Positions 11,730 to 24,476 of a stretch of 64,000 nt of DNA are shown piece by piece. Every line of letters begins with the position of its first letter. Positions within the stretch are counted from its first letter, which is position 1. Both the position numbers and the translations under genes were made by a program. The stretch is from Phoronis australis (taxonomy: Eukaryota > Animalia > Phoronida). The stretch lies in the NCBI GenBank assembly GCA_002633005.1, contig NMRA01000209.1, positions 256,569 through 320,568 of the forward strand, read 5' to 3'. The notes below the pieces were generated by a model. The model saw only the letters and a list, made by a program, of their open reading frames with translations, was not told the origin of the DNA and searched no databases.

Positions 11730-14700
11730 AAATCCAATGCCTTCTGCCAATTCTGTCGTCGAACCTGAAGGTCGTTGACAATAAAAAAGATATCTACTCC
11801 ATGCGCGAAAGCATAATTCTTGGCTGTGAGGAAAACTACGCTCTCAGCGGGAAAAATATGTTAACGTGCACATACGAAGGAAATTGGGACTACGACTTTC
11901 CAATTTGCTCCCCAGTCGCTTGTCCATCACCGCCCAAGATTGAACATGGCAATTTTACTAAATCGCACAAGTCGGCAACGTTTTTGCCTGGGGACACAAT
12001 TAAATACACCTGCAATAAAGGATACGAGACTGACGATGAAACAGAACTCAGTTGTCTATCGAGTGGTAATTGGAGTCATTCGAGCCCCACTTGCCATAGG
12101 ACTCGGTGCCAGGTCTTGCCAGACATCAGAAATGCCACAAAGATCGTTGGAGGCGACTATTTGTTTGGCTCCACTGTAGAGTACGAATGTGACACCGGTT
12201 TTCAATTGATTGGCAAAGGTATCCTTTCGTGCCTTGATACCGGAAGCTGGAACGCGTCACTTCCGGCTTGTCACCCAATCTTCTGTCACGCACCAGAGTA
12301 CATCAGAAACGGGCGACCACATGTGCTGTCGTATCGCTTTAATTCAGTTGTAACATATACCTGTAAAACTGGCTATCATTTAGAAGGTGCAGCCCGACGC
12401 TCTTGCTTGTCGAATAGGTCATGGAGTTTCGATAAGCCACGTTGTGTTCCCGTTTCATGTGGATCTCCGGAAAACCTTGACAATGGGCGAGTGAAAGGAA
12501 AACAATTTACATATGGTCAAAATGTTGTGTACACTTGTAATCGTGGATACTATTTGAAAGGGCCACAAAAAAGGTCTTGTCTAAAAAGCAAAAAATGGAG
12601 TGGCACTGTCCCGAAGTGTGTGGAAATAGAATGCCCTATGCCTGGCAACTCAACCAATGGAGCGTTAGAAAGCTTTCGTCCAAAGTATGTATTTGGCGAT
12701 TTAGTACGATACAGCTGCCGAGACGGCTATGAACTGTATGGTAATGAGGAACTGGAATGCCAAGAAGATTCCAGTTGGAGTGGAAAACCACCAGAGTGCC
12801 GCATCGTCCACTGTCTTGATCCGGAGCCAATTTCGAATGGTTATTTCGATTCAGGCAATACTACTTACGGATCGGTTGTTGTATACAAATGTTTCGATGG
12901 TTTCAGATTGTCGGGTAGACAACGATCGAAATGTCAAGCAAATGCAAAATGGAGCTACTCACCACCGCATTGTAACCCTGTGACATGTCCCCGTCCCGGT
13001 AGTTTAATAAATGGTGAAATCAGGGGAAGCAACCACACCTTTACTGCTACTATTCATTTCTCGTGTGACAGAGGCTATTATATAAAGGGCGCAACTTCCG
13101 CGCAGTGTCAGTCAAATGAAAAATGGAATGTCAGTATACCAAACTGTTTACCAGTCACGTGTCAGCAGCCGGTAAAAATTGTAAACGGGCATGCTGTCGG
13201 AAACGGCAGGACTTTTAACTCCGTTATTCGATTCTCGTGTGCCAATGGATTCGAATTGAAGGGCAAAGAGTCTATTGAATGTAATGCTAACGGAAAATGG
13301 TCATCTGGCACCCCCGAGTGTGAGCCCGTTTCTTGTCCTGATCCAAGAACTGTTGATAACGCTAGAGTCGTTGGACATAACTATACGTACAGCTCAACGG
13401 TGAGATTTGTGTGCAACAGGGGGTTTAAGATGATCGGCAACTCTGAGCTCGTATGTAATTCTGACAAATCATGGAGTGCTAAAGAGCCAAAATGTGTTCG
13501 AGTCTCATGCCCCCTGCCAACACCAATAGCAAATGGGGATTTTTCTGGGACGAATTTCAGTTTCGCAGCTTCTGTTGTGTACATTTGCGACAGCGGCTAT
13601 CGACTAACTGGTGAGGCGAGAATGACATGTCAGGCAGAGGGAATGTGGAGTCACGACTCACCCATATGCACGCCAGTAGAATGCCCCATCCCAAAAGTTT
13701 CATATGGTTCGATTGTCGGCTCAAATTTCACATACCAGTCCATAGTAAGCATTCAGTGTAAAAAAGGTTATAGGCTGAATGGAACTTCGAGTGCCCGCTG
13801 TAAGGCTAACGGCGAATGGGATGCTGCGTTATCGTGTGAACGTGTCGAATGTTCCCGCCCAAGCGGAATCACAAACGGAAGAATTGTGGGTGAGTCGTTC
13901 TTCTACAACGAGACCATCAACTATGTCTGTGGTGAAGGCTACCAATTGATTGGTAGAAGCGTGCGGTCGTGTAATATCCTTGGTTCATGGTCTGGCTCGG
14001 CTCCGTTGTGTGAAATTGTCACGTGTCCTCCTCCGCTAGCTATTAGGAATGGATCGTACGCAGGCAAATTTTTCTATTTTTCTTCTCAAGTAAAGTACTC
14101 TTGTGACCAAGGTTTTCAGATTGAGGGCGAAAGCACAGTTACATGCCTGGCAAACGGATCATGGGGTGGATCTCTACCACGATGTGAACCTGTGCTTTGC
14201 CAAGAAATAACCAGCTTAGAACATGGACGCGTCTCGCGTGGGAGTTTCACTTTCGGGTCCTCTCTGACGTTTACCTGTGACGAAGGATTTGAACTTGATG
14301 GACATCAGACTATTCAATGTAAATTTGACAGGCAGTGGAGCAGTAATATAACAAGGTGCATCCCTGTTAGCTGTCTTTCACCAACTGACATAAATCACGG
14401 TCGCGTGAATGGTCAAAACTACTCGTACACCGCAACAGTCGTTTACAGCTGTGATGTCGGCTACGAATTAATCGGTTCTAAAATGTTGAGGTGCCAAAGC
14501 GACAGGAAATGGAGTAGTACAGCACCAAAATGCGAAGTGATACAATGCAAGTCGCCGCCAGATATTGAGAATGGAATCTTACAAAGCAGTGGTTTGTCTT
14601 TTAAAGGTGTAGTGACGTACACGTGCAATGAAGGGTTTGTCCTTGTGGGATCTAAAACACTTACGTGTAGGTATGATAAACGGTGGGATAATAAGCCACC

Positions 14701-17700
14701 TGTTTGCAGGCCAGTCATTTGTCCTGCTCCGCCGGCCCTTGACAATGGAAATGTAACTGGTTCAAACTTCACATATACAGCCATCGTGACATACACATGT
14801 TTGCATGGCTTCCGTTTAACTGGAAGCTCTCGTGTTATGTGTGCGGCCAACGCAAAATGGATACCTGAGGCACCAATTTGTGAGCAAATTACCTGTCCCA
14901 TGCCAGAGAACATTGACCATGGCTTTTACACTAGGTCGAGCTTGGTATTCTCTTCCGAGGTTTTGTACCACTGCGATGACGGATACGAACTCGTTGGGCA
15001 AAAGAAGTCAATTTGCACGATAGATGGCGTTTGGGATGTTTCCCATCGCACGTGCTCTTTAATAACATGCCCCAATCCACCGCTGATATTAAACGGTGTC
15101 GAGAAAAGTGGAAATTACACCTATGGTTCAAAGGTACAGTACGTCTGTGATAAAGGTTACAAAATAACAGGCCATGACACAATCATTTGCTTGAGTAATA
15201 AAACGTGGGACAAGGAACCTCCTGTTTGTGAAGTAGTGAGTTGCCCTGTCCCACACAAGCTAGACAACGGCGCAGTCATTGGGAATGTCTTTGTTTACCA
15301 GTCCACAGTTATCTACCAGTGTGACAAAGGATATCAGTTGCATGGTCCAAGAGAAAGGAGTTGTGTAGAAGGAGGCCACTGGGACAGAGGTAAACCCAGG
15401 TGCTTGCAGATTCGTTGTCTCCCCATCAGTTACATCGAGAACGGTGAAGTGGTAGGGAACAATTCACACTTTGCTGCAAAAGTTCAGTTTGTTTGCAATG
15501 ATGGCTTCGAACTATTGGGCAACAATTCATTACAATGTCAAGAAAACGGATTATGGAGTGCGGAAATCCCTTCTTGTCAGCGAAAGGTGTGCCATCAACC
15601 TCCTGTTGTTCTTAATGCGAGGATGACGGGCTCGAACTTTGGCTATGAGTCTCAAGTAAGATATTCCTGCCTTGAAGGATATGAGCTGAGAGGATCTGAA
15701 AGCCTGGAATGTCTTGCTAACCGATCTTGGTCCACACCACACCCAGTCTGCAACCTCATCGAATGTCTCGTTCCACCTACAGTAACGCACGCTAATTTAA
15801 TATCCGCAAACTTCACATTTGGCTCTGAGGCCAAATATGAATGTATACATGGCTTCGAGAAAACTGAAGAGAATAGTTTAATTTGCTCTGCTAACAGGAC
15901 GTGGGTGGGGAAAAACCCTGTGTGTTCTAGTGTTCGCTGTCTTCCACTATTCAACATATCGTTTGGTCATGTTCTTTACGAACAACTTTTGTTTGGCTTT
16001 AAGGCTGAGTATTCATGTGTTCGTGGATTTCATCTCGTTGGTGACGCAGTGAGAACATGTCAAGCTAACAAAACATGGAGTGGACAGCCGCCCAGATGCA
16101 AAAAATCGTTATGTCCTGTTGCCAGGACAATAGAAAATGGTGACGTAATCGGCCGCAACCGAGCAATAGGTGCAACGGTAAAATATTCATGTAAACAAGG
16201 TTATAGGTTGAGCGGAGACAAAAGTCAAAGGTGTGGACCGGATAAGCGTTGGAGCGGAGAAGCACCAACATGTGAAATCGTGCGCTGTCACTGGCCACAA
16301 GATTTGACTGTTGCCAATGGAAAGTGGCAGAAGACAAATAATAGTTACGGTTCCGTACTGTCATACCTTTGCCACCTTGGCTACCGATTGAATGGATCGA
16401 GTACAAGAGTCTGTGGTGCTGATGGCCTGTGGAATGGCACATCACCAGCATGTGTTTCCATCAGCTGTGGCCTACCAAATAATGTTCACAATGCTGTCAT
16501 AGAAGGCAAGGAGTTCACCTACAGGAAGCAGATATACTACCGGTGTCAAACAGGTTATGTGCTTCAAGGTCACGCCGTTCGTACATGCATGGCAAACAAA
16601 CAATGGAGCGAGCACGAACCTAAGTGCAAGAAAATCAAATGTCCCCGCCCGAGTGAGATCGCAAACGGTAGAATTGAATACGACAGCATTGAGTATCAAG
16701 GGGTTATTACATTCAGTTGTCACAGAAAATATAAGTTGCACGGCTCGGCTAGAAGCACATGTCTTGCCTCAAAATTATGGTCAGAACCGCCACCTACGTG
16801 TATTTTAAAACAATGCCCTTTCCCGCGAAATATTACAAACGGCCTAGCCGTGTACAGCGGTCAAGGGGTCGATGACGAACTACATTACGTTTGCAAAACA
16901 CGGTATGTCATTGGTGAAGATAATGTTATGGTATGCTTGGAGAACGAGACTTGGAGCCACTCTGCTTTGCCGGTATGTAATGTGGCTTACTGCGCAAATC
17001 CTCCTGGCATACGAAACGCTGTCTATCAGAGTATTAGACACTTTCCCATCAAGCAGAATTTTACCTATGAATGTATGACAGGTTATCAGTTGTCTGGTAA
17101 CAGCATTCTATATTGTGACGAAAGCGGTTCTTGGAGGGGAAACTTGCCGCGGTGTTCTCCTGTCCGTTGTCCAGTTCCTGATCAGTTACAGAATGGTGTC
17201 ATTTCTGGTAGTACTTATACCTTCGCAAACAATGTCACATACAGATGTTACTCGGGTTATGAATTAGTGGGGCCAGAAAAGCGTTCCTGTCAAGCAGACG
17301 GCAAGTGGAATGGACACAGTCCCCGCTGTGTCAAGCTTGTCTGTCCGAAGCCAACCATCATTGCAAACGGAACAATCATTGGCAAAACGTACGACATACG
17401 CTCCACACTAGAGTACGTGTGTGACCCTGGATTTGAACTTAACGGGACAAAGACGGTAACGTGTCTAGAAAATAAAACGTGGAATTCTGAACCTGGTATA
17501 TGCAAACGGGTGCAGTGTTCTTTGCCAGAGCCAATAGACAATGGTTCGTTCACAGGTAATTCGTTTTTGTACGGTGATATCATCCACTACTCCTGCTTTT
17601 CAAAATTTGAACTTGTTGGAGATTCTAAAAGAAGATGCCTTCCATCCAAGACGTGGAGCGGTAGTCCGCCCAAGTGTAAATTGATCACTTGTCAGACACC

Positions 17701-18276
17701 AGAGGGCATTCACTATGGCAAAATTGAGACCAGACACATACCACTCACTCTTGGAGATAGAGTGTTTTACTCGTGTATATCGGGTTTCCAGCTACGAGGG
17801 GAGTTTCAAAGGAAATGCCAAAGAGATGGAACATTATCGGGTAAACTACCCGAGTGCAAGCCTACTACCTGTCGCCGTCCAGACAATATCATTAATGGCG
17901 GAGTGCGTGGTAAAAACTTCACTTATAACGCGACTGTTGTTTATGACTGTCTGCGTGGTTACAAGCTCATAGGACAAGCCACGCGCAAATGCCAAGCAAA
18001 TCAAACTTGGAGCCGAATTCCACCGCTTTGTCAACTAATTGACTGCGCAAAACCTGAAGAAATAGACAACGGTAAAATTATTGGCGACGACTTTCGCTTC
18101 GGCCGCGAAGTGAAATATGAATGCAATAATGGGTACGAGCTGAATTCCCCGAACGCTCGACGATGCCAAGAGTCAGGAATGTGGAGTGGGTATTCACCTC
18201 GATGTGAAAAAGTTCGGTGTAATCTGCCACCAAACGTGACTCGTGCTCTAAGAAACGCATTCCGCGGTGACTTTAG
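11730..18276 (+). CDS. SVEP1: SVEP1-like giant exon: 37 complete Sushi domains plus the first third of another
   Basis: tttcag| ... |gtaagg, 6547 nt open; about 58-aa repeats with C..P..NG...Y.C..GY.L.G....C...G.W....P.C. Confidence 0.95.
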
Positions 18277-18745
18277 GTAAGGGTTTTCTGACAACCTGTT
18301 ATGTTTTGAAATTTATTACATGCTGCGTTTCAGTAGGTTTTACTTTAATGAGTACATTCAGCTGTGCATAAGAAAACCAGAGAACAAACAGGCTGTTGCA
18401 TGGCCTGAATCTTTGTGCAGTGCACCAATCCGCTTGTATTTGTAGGTCACATGTCAACTTTTGTTGCTTTGAACATCGAATTATGAGTCATGCAGCGTCG
18501 TACAATAAGGTTCCTCGTTGTCTTCAGATTTTCCACTCTTTGCATTCAGTCGACTGTTTTTTTTTACATTTGTCGTTCCATGGCTTATTTCTTGGTCCAT
18601 TCATATCGAAGTTCCGGATTTGAAGGTTGTTACACCTTCATTTTTGCTCACACAAGCGCCGTAACACATTCTGCTGATAACGTCAGTTCCGTTATTATGT
18701 CGGTACAATGCCCTCGTTGTGAATTTGTGTTTGCAACTTTTTAAG

Positions 18746-19093
18746 GTTCGGTGACACATTGAGGTATGAATGTGAATATGGATACTGGAGCGAAGGAAAC
18801 ACTACACTGATATGCCTCCATTCCGGACAGTGGAGCTCTCCGGCGTTTGAATGCAAGCCCAGGGAGTGTCCGGAACCGGCACCGCTTCCGCACGGAACCG
18901 TCAATAATGCTGGCAAAGAATTTGGAAACGCTCTAGAGTACACCTGTCTCAGCGGCTATGTACTGCAAGGGAATACTTCACGCGTATGCCTGGCGGACGG
19001 TAGCTGGAGTGGTACAAGACCGAAGTGTCGCCCTGTCAAGTGCCCAGAGCCTCCCATAGTTGAATTGACAGTTGTTAGAAGTGGCATATTTTG
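18746..19093 (+). CDS. SVEP1: SVEP1-like exon: two Sushi-domain equivalents, phase 2-2
   Basis: tttaag| ... |gtaaga, 348 nt; FGDTLRYECEYGY...CPEPPIVELTVVRSGIF. Confidence 0.9.
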
Positions 19094-19337
19094 GTAAGAA
19101 CACACTTGTGTGCTCACTCGAAAACGCTAGAAATTAATTTCAAAATCAAATAGCTACCTATTTGCGTAGATTCATGTACTGTATATTTTAATTGTTCACA
19201 ATCAATAAAGTGGTAATGGTCAAATCGTCATCACGGTTTTTAAATTAATTTTTCTTGACGTCAAAGCAAAGTGTTGATATTTTCACACTTAATTCAATCA
19301 GTGCAATAGACTGTTAGAATTAAACATTGCATTGCAG

Positions 19338-22252
19338 GTACAGAGACGAGGTTCAGTTTGCATGTTCTCCTGGATATCGCCTCGTTGGAAACAGAACTGT
19401 CGTGTGTTTAGAGAACGGAAACTGGAGCGAAATTGCGTTTGAATGTCGGCCCAAGAAATGTCCCGATCCAACCCCGTTGGAAAATGGTGAGATCTCAGGG
19501 AAGGGCAGAACTTACGGGTCGAAACTGAATTACTCATGCAACCAAGGTTTTGACCTTGTTGGTAATAATATGCGGCTGTGCGTCGCCAATCAAACTTGGA
19601 GTGGTACTGCCCCGTTCTGTGAACTCGCGTCATGCAACGTTCCCGCTCCACCTGTGAATGGATCAGTGGTTGGGGACATTTTTAAGCTTGGAAGTTCTAT
19701 AACATACGAGTGCAATACTGGGTATGAATTGCGAGGACAAGGGACTAGGAAGTGTGAACTGAACCGTACATGGTCTGGGAATTCACCTGCCTGCTTAATC
19801 GTATCGTGCCCGCAGCCTAAGTTAGTTCCGCATGGGTTATTGAATATTTCTGGAACAAAATACACGGATACGGTGAGCTACGAGTGCAAGGAAGGATTTG
19901 ATCTTGAAGGTGTAAACTTGAGACGTTGTTTAGCTAATAAAACCTGGAGTTGGATGTCACCCAACTGCAACCCAGTCTTTTGCGGTGAGCCTGATCCACT
20001 TCCTAACGGATATGTCGACGGCATAAACTACACGTTTGACAGTGTTATCAGGTATTATTGTTTTAGGGGTTACAGCTTGGTTGGTGAGAGCTTTAGGAGA
20101 TGCATTTCCAACAAATCATGGTCCGGCTTCCTACCGTCGTGTGCGCCAGTATCGTGTGAGCCACCACGGCAGCCTGCTAACGGACTTGTGTTCGGACACA
20201 ATTTCACCTATAGGAGAAAGATAGCCATTATCTGTGATGTCGGTTATGATCCTGTCGGTAGGACTACCAGGGAGTGTTTACACAACGGAGCCTGGAGCGG
20301 TCGAACCCCGAGGTGTGTCATGATCGAATGCCCGGCACCAGATTACGTTGCCTTTGGCAACTACACAGGGTCTTCGTTTAAGTACAGGAAGCGTATCGAG
20401 TACAGTTGCCTGTCGGGGTATGAACTTACCGGAAACCGCGTTAGAGAGTGCCTGGCTAGTCGGACATGGAGTGGCAGACCGCCTACTTGTGCTGTGATTT
20501 CGTGCCCTTCGCCGACTATTCTTCGCCATGGCTATATCATCGGTGAGAACTACACTTTCGGACATGAAATCAAATATGTTTGCGATGTTGGTAGAATGTT
20601 AAATGGACCAGAAGTTAGGCAATGTCTTGCTGATAAGGCTTGGTCAGGTTATGAACCAAGTTGCCTACCGCTAGTGTGCCAAAGTCCGACTAAATTCCGA
20701 AACGGACAGGTAATCGGGGGTAACTATAGTTACGGTCAAAACATTACCTATGAATGCTTTGATGGGTATCTGCTCAAAGGCCCATCTGTGAGGACGTGTA
20801 CTTCTGATCGCATGTGGAGCGGACTAAGCCCCGAATGCACGCCTATTGTGTGTAAGATGCCACATAACATCCGTGACGGCACGGTGAGGGCAAGCGGAAA
20901 CCGATATGGAGACAAGGTCCGGTACAGTTGCAACAGAGGCTACGACCTCATTGGGGCAACGGTTCGCAGTTGCTTGAAAAACGCCACGTGGTCCGGACAT
21001 AGTCCAGTATGCATTATAGCGCAATGCCCAACGCCAGGAGGAATAGCACACGGACTGGTGGTGGTGAAAGAACTCAAGTTAAATGCCGTCATATCATATG
21101 GGTGTGAACGTGGGTTTGAGTTGATCGGAGAACCTTTACGCACGTGCGCACTAAACAAACGTTGGTCCGGGGTCGAACCCAAGTGCGTAATTATATCGTG
21201 TCCCGCGCCAGGCGAAGTAGAAAACGGACAGGTCCTAGGAAGCTCGTTGAAATTTAACTCCAGTCTGGAGGTGAAATGCAACGATGGTTTTGAACCTGAC
21301 AGACATGATGACATACGATGTCTTGAGAACAAGAAATGGAGTGCTTCTTTACCTCGATGTGTGCTTGTGTCTTGTGGAAAACCTTTGATAATTACTAACA
21401 CATACTTTATAAGTGACGCAGATAAAGGCAACTACATGTTAGGAAACAAAATTCAGTACGCGTGCCAGAGAGGGTTTCTTCAGCAAGGATCGATCTCCTT
21501 AAGCAAATGCCAAAGAAACAAAGAGTGGTCTCCGGTAGACATTTCCTGTACACCCATTTACTGCGGTAAGCCAAAGGCAGTATCAAATGCCAGGCGAATT
21601 GGCAACAACTTCGGCTTCAAAGATGTAGTGCTCTTTACATGTAACAAGGGCTACGAGACCGAGGACGTCACTTTGCTAAGCTGTGGCGAAGATGGGAGGT
21701 GGTACCCTTCTCTTCCGGTTTGCAGGATGGTAATATGCCCCCCACCTCCTGTAATACCGTTCGCTACAACTATTCTGAAACCTTTTACATATGGAAATGA
21801 AGTAAGCTATCATTGCAATGCTGGGTATCACCTCTATGGAAGCCGAGTTGGCACGTGCATGGAAAATGGGACCTGGGTGTTTGCGAGTCCATCGCGATGT
21901 CTGCCGGTCACGTGTGCGAAACCTGCCCCGCCCGACCACGGGTCTTTCAGTGGTAGTTGCTGCAATTTTCAAAGTGTAATAAAATTTGCTTGCAATCGAG
22001 GATATATTCTGCACGGCGAAAATACCCTACAATGCTTAGCATCTTCGCAATGGAATGCCAGTTTCCCGTCTTGCGAACTTATACAGTGTGGCAAGCCTCC
22101 TGTTCCACACAAGGGTTACATTCAGAGTGACTCTTACCGGTATAATGGATCAGTGACTTACTATTGCGAACGAGGCTATAGACTAAGTGGTGAACGCACA
22201 CGGCAATGCCTGGATGACGGATCGTGGACTGGCAATCTACCAATATGTTTAC
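19338..22252 (+). CDS. SVEP1: SVEP1-like large exon: end of one plus 16 complete Sushi domains
   Basis: ttgcag| ... |gtaagt, 2915 nt, phase 2-1. Confidence 0.95.
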
Positions 22253-23381
22253 GTAAGTTAAGTTGATGCAGGGCCATAGGAAAATGTCAAATCTTGGTCA
22301 ACTTCGGACCATCGTATCTCAGAAACGGCTGATCGGATTCAGATGAAACTTTCATTATTGTTTTTCTCTGAAACGCTGTTAGGAATTGCGTTTAAAAGGT
22401 TCAGCATTTGTGCATGAGGGGATATAGAAAATAGATATTATGTCATTTTCATGAAAACATTTTAAAGTTACACAATACTAAAAATGAAAGGGAAAATTAG
22501 AAACCTGTGCAAGAGTTTTTGAGGTTTGATCTTTAACATTCAATCATACAAACTTCGGTTTTGTTATTGATCCCGTTGTTTTGCTATGAACATACTGTAC
22601 CTATATTTTTGATTGATTTTCCGAAAAAGTAAGGTCACATGGCCTAACTAGCGGGTCATTGGTATGAAGTCAAAACTTAAATTCTACGGAATGTCTACTT
22701 TCAGAAAATATCTACTTTTGCTGAGTTAAACCCTGTAGTTTTATGGATATTTGGTTAAAAATACAGACTGTGGATCAGGTCCTACATAAAAACACGGTTT
22801 TTAGATACATCTTTTGTTTATGTACACTAAGTTATAATTTTGTTGTTGCTTACTCTTAAGACTCGAAACCATTCTTCGTCTTTTGTATCATGTCCTAGAT
22901 TTGAATTCCGGCCTTTTCGCCGCAGCAGACCGCAAGACACTCCTTGGTAGGAGCATTCTGCCCTCTGTGGGGCTCTAAGCAAACATTCGTATCGCACTAC
23001 AGGCGCCCCCAAAAGCAGTCGCTCTTTCAAACGACTGTCGGTGGCTAAATGCATCATTTACTCTTGGGGCAAAATTTTAAACGTAATCTTTTTTCATGGA
23101 GAACACAAATTTTCGGAGATTAGGGAAATATATCGTTCTGTCGAGCTGAAAAACCCAAGGTCGTACGCCGAAATTGTATTTAGAAAGTATGATACTAACA
23201 AGGTCACCGACTAAACACTTCGAAAGCAACGACATAAAGTTTTGAAATACTTTGTGCACGTCTTAGTTGTTTGTCTGCACAGCAACCGCTAAGGAGAGGG
23301 CACAGTTCTATGCTTTAATTGTGAATTGCGCAGGGTGTTCAATGTACTGTACGTGTAAGTCTGTGACTTCGTCAATTTTAG

Positions 23382-23555
23382 GCATAGTTTGTCAGAAACC
23401 TCTTCCGCCTGAAAATGGTGGTATAAGCTTTGTTGATCTTTACCTCGGTGGCGTGCTGACGTACTACTGTCTCCCTGGCTTCGAGCTCACTGGCAATGGT
23501 TCACTCACGTGTGAAGAGGATGGCCAATGGCATCCTGAACCCCCTACTTGTGAAG
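23382..23555 (+). CDS. SVEP1: SVEP1-like exon: Sushi/CCP domain
   Basis: ttttag| ... |gtgtgt, 174 nt; IVCQKPLPPENG...WHPEPPTCE. Confidence 0.9.
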
Positions 23556-23874
23556 GTGTGTAACGAAATATAATGAATATGCTAAGATAAATTTGGGTTA
23601 GAAACGTAACTGAGCGAAATGATTGTTCGGAAATTGACGAGTCCACTCTGAATATACCTTGTACAAACTGTACATAATAAGTGGGGTATGTACATGTAGT
23701 ACTTTTGCTTTGGAAGTTTCAAATGGGTATTCTTGTGGGATGACGTCTACTTCATACAATATATACTTGTTACGGATACACCGATTCTGTTCTATTTTTG
23801 TACTGGGGTGTTCCCTATCCTAAGACAAAATTGTTCTGAAAATAAGTTAGGGCAATCTATTTCTCTTTTGACAG

Positions 23875-24063
23875 GTGTCGCTGACCATTGCCCACGACCA
23901 GTCGTTCCGTCTAACGCTGAAGAAGTGATCGATGCGTTTCGCCTGGGCGATGTCGTGCAACTGAGATGTAAAACCGGATACGTCCCGTCACAACCTTTAG
24001 TAATTAAATGCATCCAAAGTCTTAACTTCATTTTATGGACACACCCGAAAGGCATGTGCAGAC
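23875..24063 (+). CDS. SVEP1: SVEP1-like exon: divergent Sushi/CCP domain
   Basis: tgacag| ... |gtaagt, 189 nt; HCPRPVVPSNA...LRCKTGY...KC...WTHPKGMCR. Confidence 0.85.
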
Positions 24064-24476
24064 GTAAGTTAATTTGGGTGTGAGGATGTTCGATGAGTGC
24101 TCTGCAAATGACACCTGACTTAGGAACTGCGATACTACAGTGTTGCATATACTAATTGAGTAATGGAGTCATGTACATCGACGCTGTTTTTCTCTGAATA
24201 GATTTCATGATAAAAACTGAAAGTGGCAAGCTTCCGTCACAAAATACAACTTTTGAATAAACTCACTCGCCAGTATGAAAGTGGTCTCAAATTGTTCCTT
24301 CGTAACAGATGTAATTTTAGGGAGAGGGTTGGAGAACTGGCACCTGTTTATTTGTAGTAGAACAGTAGAATAACTCGACTTAGTAGCAGCGTTGTGTTGT
24401 GTGGACTGTCTCAGTCCGTCAGTGAGATGGTTGTATTCAGTAACTAAGTGTGGAACTCTCAGTTACACTAGTAAAA

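Noticed and set aside
11940-22014. Many short alternative-frame and antisense ORFs over the Sushi exons
   Set aside because: Shadows of the long coding exons with no independent motifs or splice signals.
22300-22620. Similarity to about 56900-57200 (gctgatcggattc..atgaaa)
   Set aside because: Appears to be an ordinary dispersed repeat; ends could not be defined.
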